This document shows, in pieces, positions 1 through 9,030 of a DNA stretch of 64,000 bases. Source of the stretch: Tubulanus polymorphus (Eukaryota > Animalia > Nemertea); the NCBI RefSeq assembly GCF_964204645.1, contig NC_134035.1:2604001-2668000 (forward strand), given 5' to 3'. The notes under the pieces were generated by a model that had not been told where the DNA came from, did no database searches, and saw nothing but the letters and a program-made list of their open reading frames with translations. The stretch's first letter is position 1. Every line of letters begins with the position of its first letter. The translations under genes and the position numbers were made by a program.

Positions 1-1359
1 ATGTCAGATTGGATAGAGTCAATCCTGACAAAATAGTACTTGATTATAATACCGTATGTGGAGAATGGCATGATGATAACGGAAAAAAAATATTAAGTTC
101 GAAAGTGTTTTCTTGAGCTATTTTCTAATAGTCACAACACTAGCATTTTATCAATGGTTAATATTGGTCCTGATTCCGTAGCGCTAAGATACTGTGCTCA
201 GATAGTTTCTGCCGTATATGTGCCGGGTAAATGTATATATGTTACTTTGGAATTAATCGTACGTTTGTTATCATTTCCCGCGAGCCTGGGCTCTCGTCTT
301 CCAGTGACAAAAGCGCTAAATGTTATCTTGTATAGGTTTGTAGGCTTCTAAGTTGGAAGAATGTGCTGAACAATTTATTTAGGCTATATATCGAACATCA
401 TTATTCCAGCAAGTTGTCTTAGCCTGGTGTTCATATTTTCAAAAAGGACGAAAAATAGTAGGTTTAATTTTGGCTCATTAGGGGCACTGGGTACTTCGAA
501 AGGCTCATGAAACTCACTGGAATCCGGCTGTTATTTTCAGGCTTATTTCTCGTTATATTATTAACACCTTTGTTTAGTCGCGAGGTGCTGTAATATGTGT
601 ACATTGTATTTAAATTATAAATAATTGAAAAATTGCTGGGAAAAACGAATTTGATTTTGTTGTTGATTGTAGGAGATATTATTCACAGGATAGCGGTTGT
701 CAATTGACACCTGAAGATTCTATCAGCACCAAATTAAATTGAATATACAGTTAAACGACGTTGATACGATTCTGATAAAGACAAAATCCGTTAATTAAAT
801 CGTACGATGATTTCCAGCATTTCCCAAGTAAGATATTTATATCAATCCAGATTTTGATAATACAACAATATCACTTTCGCCCACAAGATTTGTATGAACA
901 AGATTCCAGTACTAGTTTATCCACACACGGGGGCCTGCGGTACAAACATTTACTACTGGTAGAATCACAGCGGTGGCTAAATTTGGAGAGGGGAGCTGTT
1001 GGGAATCAAGTAATTTATTTTATGCTATGGCCTTATTACAGTTCCACGATATTGTTCAGCTGCCTACTGGCGCGTGTTCAACCCAGTGCAGGAACCTAAG
1101 CTCAATGTAAATCCATTCAACAATAGAAAGACACAATGGTGGTTTTTCATAGTTGTTGATATCATTTACACGTGCTATTGATGACAATTGTGCTCCTGTT
1201 CCTGCTTCCTGAGGAACGACGTCTTTATGTTTTATGTGTTACTGTTCGTCTCCGTACTGTCCTGTACTGTTCCGTGTTTATTAATCCGTTCTATTTTTCA
1301 GGTTCTAATCCGTTTTATTTTTCAGGGCCGATTTCTCTGTCGAATTTCAACGTTTGCTG

Positions 1360-2160
1360 GAACAAAACTAATGTCCGAAAGCGTCAGCTCTCCGTCGCCG
1401 GTCACGTGTCGAGGATGTCAGACAAAGAGCCGGTCAGGAAATGGCTGACCTCTACACGCCCTCATACGGAACATGAAAACCAGGATGACGAGGCCTTACT
1501 CTCCCCACCTATCAACAGAGAGTGTGCTAGGTGACGTCAATGACGGGCAGATCTGTCGGATTGTTTGCAGTGAAAATGGAGTGGTAAAGCTGGACTGTCT
1601 ACTAGTATTCATTGATTCCTTTTCAGGAATTGCTTCGGGCAAAGATTTGTCTCTTGTCTTCCTTTGCGTTCTAGCATTCATTGATTCCTTTTAAGGGATT
1701 GCTTCGGGCGGGGATTAATTTCCCTGTCTTCCTTTGCGTGCTAGGATTCATTGATTCACTGTGGGATCGCTTGCATGCTAGCATTCATTGATTCCTTTTA
1801 AGGGATTGCTTCGGACAGGGATTAATTTCCCTGTCTTCCTTTGAGTGTTAGTATTCATTGATTCCCTGTGGGTTGCTTCGGGCAGGGATAAGTCTTGTCT
1901 TCCTTTGAGTGCTAGTGCGGGCAATCCAGTTGCGCTACTTTATTTTTGTCACAAGCAATCTTGCAGGTTTATCAGTTACTGACGTCACGCAGCACACCCT
2001 GTGGGTAAATGGTGAAAGTAAGGCGTCGTCATCCTGGTTTTTGTGTTCTGTGTGAGGGCGTGTAGAGGGCAGTATATTCCTGGCTGGCTCATTGTCTGGT
2101 GTTCTCGGCATGTGACCGGCGAAGGAGAGTTGTAAAGCTTTCGGACATTAGTTTTGTTCT
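1360..2160 (+). repeat. Long imperfect inverted repeat (arms ~1360-1606 and ~1911-2160) enclosing a tandem array
   Basis: GAACAAAACTAATGTCCGAAAGC at 1360 is the reverse complement of GCTTTCGGACATTAGTTTTGTTC ending at 2160. Similarity continues inward to the ACTAG/CTAGT borders of the array. Each arm carries a TGACGTCA (1532-1539, 1980-1987). Confidence 0.92.
1602..1915 (+). repeat. Tandem array of ~70-bp units (four near-full, one truncated)
   Basis: Units start at 1602, 1671, 1741 (37 bp), 1778 and 1848; consensus CTAGCATTCATTGATTCCTTTTAAGGGATTGCTTCGGGCAGGGATTAATTTCCCTGTCTTCCTTTGMGTG. Confidence 0.93.
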
Positions 2161-2711
2161 GTACCAGGTTTTCATCGCTCTTCTCTTTTTTCATTTCAGG
2201 ACTCCCAAGATGAAGAAGAAGATGCTGAAGGCGACTACAACGAAGACAATGTCGAAAAAAGAACACTGAACTCGGCAATATTGAAAGTTAAGTTGATATA
2301 CGTGTAAATTACGATATATGATACAGAAAGGATTGTGTAACTACAAAATATCATTCTTTTGCTCATTTCAGCTTAATCTGGAAAGGCCCAGCCGATACTA
2401 AACCCAGTTATCTCGAAAGGTAAGTTGACTTATATGGAATTTATTATGATTAATGCTATATATATGAAGAATTATGTATATTTCAAGATATTGTATAATT
2501 ACAGGATATCTTCTTTTACTCGCTAAGTAACATCTATAAGACAAGCTCAGCCTGAGATCAATTAGTCATCTAGATTCTACTGATTAAAACAGCCAACAAA
2601 AGATTCCATCTTGAATTGAACTCATCAACTATCACAGCTAGAAATCTAGATTCAGCCAGCATTGGTTTATCGCCCAATGATTGATTTCTTCTACAATAGG
2701 TGGAGCAGATA

Positions 2712-2882
2712 CAATGCGCGTCTTATATATAAACACTTATTCAGGAGCAGCAGAGACAATGCGTATATTATGAACACTTATTTAGGAGCAGCAGAGACAA
2801 TGCGTATATTATAAACACTTATTCAGGAGCAGCAGAGACAATGCGTATCTTATAAAACACTTATTCAGGAGAAGCAACGACA
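2712..2882 (+). repeat. Minisatellite, ~41-43-bp unit x4
   Basis: AAACACTTATTCAGGAGCAGCAGAGACAATGCGTATATTAT repeated. Confidence 0.9.
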
Positions 2883-4742
2883 GTAGAATATGTGAAGTAT
2901 TGATTTATTCTACGTATCACCTTTTTTCAAACCAGTCTGATGGGTACCATGAGTTTACAAAATTCATTGTCTATTTGAAGGGGTGGAATAAACTATAAAG
3001 AAAGAGTTTTAATGTTGATTAATGAAAATTGAAGTTAGGTAATTTGGGCTCTAGGCCTGAGAAGGAACTATTCATATTTGAATATTTCAATAAAATGGCA
3101 TCCTCCTGATTCTTTATATTGATTAGGCAAACTGTTTTTGATTTGTAAACAGATGAGTCATTAAAGTCCTTAAAGTTTGTTCTTGAAGTCTCATAAAATC
3201 TACGCTCCATTAATTCATCATATTGATCGCGTATAGCGTCTGGGTTCGACTCGTAGGTCAGTTGAAATACACTTAAACTGAGATATAGTATCGACAGGAT
3301 AGTTCAGATAAGCTTCATACATTAGTTAAACATAGCTTTGCATGATTTGTAATAATGACATAGTTTATGGGATGAATACTCTTTTAGTTTTTATGGTTGT
3401 GGGCCATAGACGTTTTTGTTTTATAGAGTCCATGATTGGATTGTTTTTGAAATACAGTCCACGTGTTTGAGGAGCTTACATAATAATTCCTCGAGCACAA
3501 ACCTGGCATTTTTTATAATTGTTGTATGAGAATAAATATGATTGTTTGAAATTCTTCATTTGTTTATTTAATTAGCTATTCTGAACTTTCTTTTCAACCG
3601 ATTTATTTTATTTTAGGGCCTAACATTTTTTCTGCCGAATTTCTGGATATTTTTCTCACAGAAATAAATAAATTTTTTGCGTACATTTGTGATGCATATT
3701 TTGTTGCGTCTTTTTCTTTCACCACAGTTAGTCATGTATTTTTAATTCAAATCATGGTTGAATTTCAAACCCATCATTTATCTATTACAAACTATTTTCA
3801 TTAGATTGAATAGGTTCGCGGATTTTTTACTTCATCATGTTTAGAAATATTTTGGGAAGGATTAGCCATGCATTTACAGTATCTGATGCTATAAACATCA
3901 TCGCTCCGTCATGCTGAGTTTACATTTCACATTCAACCAGTATCTACATGCAGCTGTACAGTGTGGCTGGAATAACAAGCTCACTTCATGTAGGCGAGAC
4001 ATGGGCATGGCACTTATTTGATCCCCTCCTCAAAACACTCAAAATAAAAAGTCAAACAGGCACAGGGTTTATCAAACAAGATGACAGAGAATGAATAATT
4101 ATGAAAGTGAAACCAACCAGTGTGTTTTGACAGATCAGAATGTCGGAAGGCGTCGTGGTAGGCCTATATAATGGTCTGCCGATCACACAGTCTATGGAAT
4201 AGACTGTCTATTCCATCGAATTTATCCATCTGTGCAAATAGAAGCCGGTATCTGTTGATGAATATAAGTCTCTATAAATGGACACGATTGTTAAGAGAGG
4301 AGATGAAGAGCTGTCAGTCGGTAGATGCGCCGGTTAATCAACTTCATTTGTGAAATCCTGATACTTTTTTGCAGACGGAATACGAATATGGTGAAATCGT
4401 TGTAGTGTAGCTACAGTGATTTTTCTATCAAATCGCTCACGTGCCACAGTAGAACAGCGAGCTGCGTCAGATTTAAACAGTCAGGTGCTGTCGCTAGATA
4501 TAACGATAGCGGTGAAAACGCGAACTAACATTTTACTCACTTGCCAGAGTCTTCGAACTGTTAGAACGGACACAATATTTACCGCAAAAAGACGTTCTTA
4601 TGACGTACAGCACTGATCGCTCTAACAGCGGGCCGGACTCGAGAAAAAATTATGAAATCCTTCAAACAGCATTAGAATTACAAACTAGCCAATTTTTCTG
4701 GTTGAAGATCAGTCAAATACGAAAATGGAGAGTGCTAAACAA

Positions 4743-4991
4743 ACTCACTCACTTACTCACTCACCAATTTACTCAATTAACTCTGGTCTCCTCTGGTATA
4801 CATACCCCTGTTTTTAGTCTATATCTCACACCTGACGATGATCTCTAGGTGAGATCGAAACGTCGTGTATTTTATATATTTCAGATTGTTCGAATTAATA
4901 AATTTCTTGTTTTTAAATTCTTTTAATTTGTAGATAGTGGGTTTTCATCTTATTATCCGTTCACCACGTTTGAGTGTAGTTATCGTTCTAT
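4743..4991 (+). mobile_element. Penelope-like element pLTR fragment (249 bp) with hammerhead, flanked by 12-bp TSD
   Basis: AGTGCTAAACAA direct repeats at 4731-4742 and 4992-5003; internal hammerhead core followed by AATAAA, as in PLE pLTRs. Confidence 0.72.
4828..4868 (+). ncRNA. Minimal type I hammerhead ribozyme
   Basis: ACAC-CUGACGA-U-GAUCUC(UAGGU)GAGAUC-GAAA-CGUC-GUGU: stem I ACAC/GUGU, intact core, 6-bp stem II, palindromic ACGU in place of stem III, GUC cleavage triplet. Confidence 0.8.
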
Positions 4992-5358
4992 AGTGCTAAA
5001 CAACATTTTTTGTTTGGCGAAAAGTGGAATTGTATTCATAAAAAAATTATTTTCACACTAGCCATCGAAATGGTCTTACTATTATTGAACGGGCGGGTGC
5101 GTGTTGCTTTTGGACACATTTTCGGTGGCTAATATTTCATCCACTTAGTTGAACTATGGATGACTAAATCCCGGCCCGGATTTTTAATTGATGGCGTCAA
5201 TTAAAGTGACTTTTCCAGCGGTGTGTCTCACTAGAATATTACTTGCTCCAGCTTGCGTCATTAATGACATTTTTTATTCGCCAGTTACTTGAAATTCTTT
5301 CTAAACGAGTGGAGAATTACAAAATAATTCTATCATTTTCGGCCCCCAAAAATATCGA

Positions 5359-5553
5359 TTTTAAAAACAAGAATTTATTTATTCAATCTAAAATATATAG
5401 AATACACGACGTTTCGATCTAACCCTAGAGATCATCGTCAGGTGTGGATCTCTAGGGTGAGATCGAAATGTCGTGTATTCTTTATATTTTAGATTGAATA
5501 AATAAATTCTTGTTTTTGAATTCTTTTAATCTGTAGATAGTGGGTTTTTATCT
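5359..5553. mobile_element. Inverted pair of Penelope-like pLTR fragments, same family as 4743-4991
   Basis: Minus copy ~5359-5446 abuts a 5'-truncated plus copy 5447-5553, making a palindrome with ~70-bp arms. Confidence 0.75.
5404..5445 (-). ncRNA. Minimal type I hammerhead ribozyme
   Basis: Minus strand ACAC-CUGACGA-U-GAUCU(CUAGGGUU)AGAUC-GAAA-CGUC-GUGU. Confidence 0.78.
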
Positions 5554-6149
5554 AATAATGTGTAAAAAGTTCTATTTCGATAAATAGTTTGTCCATGATG
5601 CCTGTTCAAGGACTCTGGCAAGCGAGTAAAAAGTTAGTTCCAGTTTTTACCGCTATCGTTGTACATAGGGGCAGCACTTGATGGTTGGTATTTGATAAGG
5701 CTGGCTAACGCTTGCGGGCCGGATAATTATGAAATTCTTGAAACAATACTGAAACTACTCAACTGGCAATGCATTTCTATCATAAATACTAGCAAAAAAG
5801 AGAAAAAAGCTAATTTGAATTGGGAACAGGAGTGGGTGCCAGTTCACCAGCCTGGTGATTACAATCGAATCGACCAATACAAATATTCATTAGTACATTC
5901 ATCTTTTTTCTATCATCAAAATGTTAATTTTCCCTAAAATCAGAATAAAAACCTCGAAACAAAAGGAAAAATTACTTACCCTACTTATTTACCATTAAAA
6001 TTCAAAAGCTTTATCTTCCATCATGTCCATATGAGGGACAACCATTTCTTCCATATCTGGACCTCGTTGCAACTGCAGTACATACTGGATTTTCGTAAGA
6101 AAATGTCCTTCAAAGTGTAAATTATGGTCTGAACGTCTTCGAGTACTAG

Positions 6150-6400
6150 GCCCACTCAAACTGGCAAATCAAAACGATTGTCTAAGGTGATATACCTTGT
6201 ACACCTCTGGCTACAGCACAGCGACTATTTGTGTCAAAGTTAATGCACAAACGACCATCAAATTCCGCTTCTTTAATTCTCTTTAGACGAAATCTATCGA
6301 ACTGGGTATCGTGCCACAGCCGAGTGATGTTCGACTCGCATATCCAGCCAGAGAAGATTATCGAACCATCCACGCTATACAATACAGGGACTACGGACAT
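6150..6400 (-). mobile_element. Highly degenerate non-LTR RT fragment
   Basis: SVDGSIIFS and AVARGVQG-ISP loosely resemble the RT motifs DSVDR.. and GVPQG..ISP. Confidence 0.3.
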
Positions 6401-7402
6401 TCATGAGTGATCTTCAAGTGAAGAAAATCAGGGCGGAAAAAAGACTCGAGAAAACGAGCGAAATTTTCGTATAAAAATCACTTTTATTCAACTTCGCGAA
6501 ATGTCCTCGCTACAGACATACAATATATATAAATCAGATGAAAAATCATACAATATAATAACAAAATATTGGTCGGAATCTTTAATATGTACATTGTGTA
6601 TACAATAATAATAAATAAAGATAAATATCTCTTTCATGAATTTACAATATTTTTCAGGGTCGGAACGAGGAGATTATGGAATGAGAGAGAATACAAATAT
6701 AAACAGTCTAAGTTTGCGACGAGTAAATGTTCATATATTTGGCACATGATACGCTCGTAAAGTTATCACAGACTGATTATCGATCGATTCATCCGCCTCG
6801 TCGAAAAGATTATCTATAAATCTCGATTAGAAAACCGAGCTAGGGCGACCGGGCGCTATAGGTTCAGCAGATTTCAGTCAATATATCAATATATGTAAAA
6901 ATAAGTAAAGACGATGCACACTTGTGTCCTGGACTAAGTTCTACAGTTCTCGATTAGAGTAAGACATTGGAAATTAACTAAAGCACGGTTTGAATGAAGC
7001 AGTAAGGTTTAAGCGAAAGTTCTGGTAACAAACCACTTTTTAGCACAGCAAAGGTAGCACTTTTTCAGTGAATCGTGCCTATGTTATACGTTTTAACTGC
7101 TCATTATGATTTGTCAAACCGCAATAATCTATGGACAAATCACTTATGTCATTCATGCACTAGTTGCATGTGTCATCCAGAAGTAACGCGTGCTTAGCTT
7201 TTGATTATTCCATCAATGCTTAGTATGTTACAATTATGAATGCTGCGATAAAAAGTTTTCAGATGGTTTGTAAGTCATAAGTAGCACCTTCCAGCACTAT
7301 ACAACATTTTTGTAAAAGGTTAGCGCTAATCAGCAGCGCATCAACAGATCGTTTCTAAAAAGGGACCGGTTGTCCAAAAGTTAGTTACATGACAAGTGAG
7401 TA

Positions 7403-7504
7403 GACAAGAAGTACGCCTGATGATGGCTAACAGTTGTTAGCCGAAATATAATCATTCTGATAAAGAATTTTTCAATCTTGGCTTCGTTATTGTGGGATTT
7501 CTCT
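7403..7504 (+). mobile_element. 102-bp retro-insertion with hammerhead core, flanked by 15-bp TSD
   Basis: CATGACAAGTGAGTA at 7388-7402 and 7505-7519; inside, CTGATGA-T-GGCTAAC(AGTT)GTTAGCC-GAAA at 7417-7446; stem I looks degenerate. Confidence 0.7.
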
Positions 7505-8108
7505 CATGACAAGTGAGTAACCGAGCATTTTACTTAAAATGATATCAATGCCAACAATTTTCTAATGGAGGTATCTACAAAACCTATGAGCACGGAGATA
7601 AATATCGCATACTACCGGTAAATAATATCTATAAATGAAACATGTACGAAAGCGTCCTATTCTATATCTATTCTCTAGCTTGAAATGAGCCACACGAAAA
7701 ATAATCATCGATAACTGACTGATGTACGATTCTTACAAGCATCTCACACAAGCATCATTCATTATCTCACACCGTTTAAATGGCAGTGATTGACATTAAT
7801 TTACTCAGAATCTTTTTCTTTCATTTCTCTTTTTTTCGAGTTAAGAAGTTAACACGACAGAAGTTGTTTTTACTCGGAACATTGCGCAGTAAGAAAGCAA
7901 ACCCTTCACATAGTTCAACTAAACCTTACAGCACGGTGCAACTGACTTTAACCGATGCAATCCTATTGCTGCCATTTCTCGAAATATCTATCGGTAAATT
8001 TTTCAACTGCCATATTTTCGAGACGACGCACGTTTAGAGAGTATTCTCTCCACGCTGAACAACGACGATGACGAATGATATCGCAGTCGTCGCCGTGGTT
8101 TTCATTCG

Positions 8109-8990
8109 CTACATCGAGAACACTTCGCACCACAACGGATGTTTGTTCATTTCCGGCCAGTCGATGCGCAGCTTCGCGATGACGTCCATGTTTTTGATGG
8201 CGAGCTCGCGCACCGACGGCAAATAGCTGAGAATACGTCCGAAAACGCGCGGGTCGTCCGGGTGATTGCGTTTCAACTCGTATTCGAGAGCCTGCGCGAT
8301 GATGATCTGCCACTCGCCGATCGGGTCGGGGTGTTTCAGCGGAAAGTGATCTACGTTGAAAAATAAGATTATCGTCATTAATCAATGATTGTTATGCTAG
8401 TTTCTGTCTTCTGGTTAGCGTTAGATTCGATCCCCGGTGAGTGCACGTAACTTCACCGCACTTCCTAATCGTTACAGTTGCCATAAAAGTCATCCTCCCT
8501 CGGCAGGGTTTCGAACCGGATGGCATTGCTATACTCAGCCATAGCACGAAACCCTGCACGATAGCTGAAGTGCGCAGCTTAGATGATGTCATCGTCAGCC
8601 AATCAGAAATCCTGTTTTATACAGGAAGGGGTAGAGATCTATTTTAATAGCTCGCTAGGCTTTACAAATTGCATCTAATAAAATCTAGTCAAACTCGCTT
8701 CAAAATGCTGTTTCCGTTGAGACTAAACTTTAAAAATCATAACCAACACCCACTTACCGGTGTATAACATGACAAGAGCTTTCAGCAGAGCGCGTTCGGA
8801 CGACAGCAGCTTCAACTTTTGAAATTTGCGACACGTCTGAAACATCGAGTTGCAAAACTCGCTGTCCCAAATCGACGAGAACCGTTCGAGATGCAGCGTA
8901 CGTCCGCGATACGTCGTGAACAAGTCGTGATCGAGACAGACGCCTTGATATACACACATGAACCATACCTCGAACCTCCCAGCTGAAAAC

Positions 8991-9030
<40 letters not shown>

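Noticed and set aside
1602-1915. CRISPR-like array or hammerhead array
   Set aside because: Units are homologous along their full length (no unique spacers), there are no cas genes, the context is eukaryotic, and neither strand has a CUGANGA core.
2712-2882. CRISPR-like array
   Set aside because: Head-to-tail minisatellite with no spacers.
7963-8385. 140-aa ORF and other ORFs overlapping real exons in shifted or antisense frames
   Set aside because: Shadow frames of GC-rich coding exons with no independent coding evidence.
8410-8560. tRNA gene (B-box-like GGTTTCGAACC; similar at ~22880)
   Set aside because: No cloverleaf; at most decayed tRNA-derived SINE heads.
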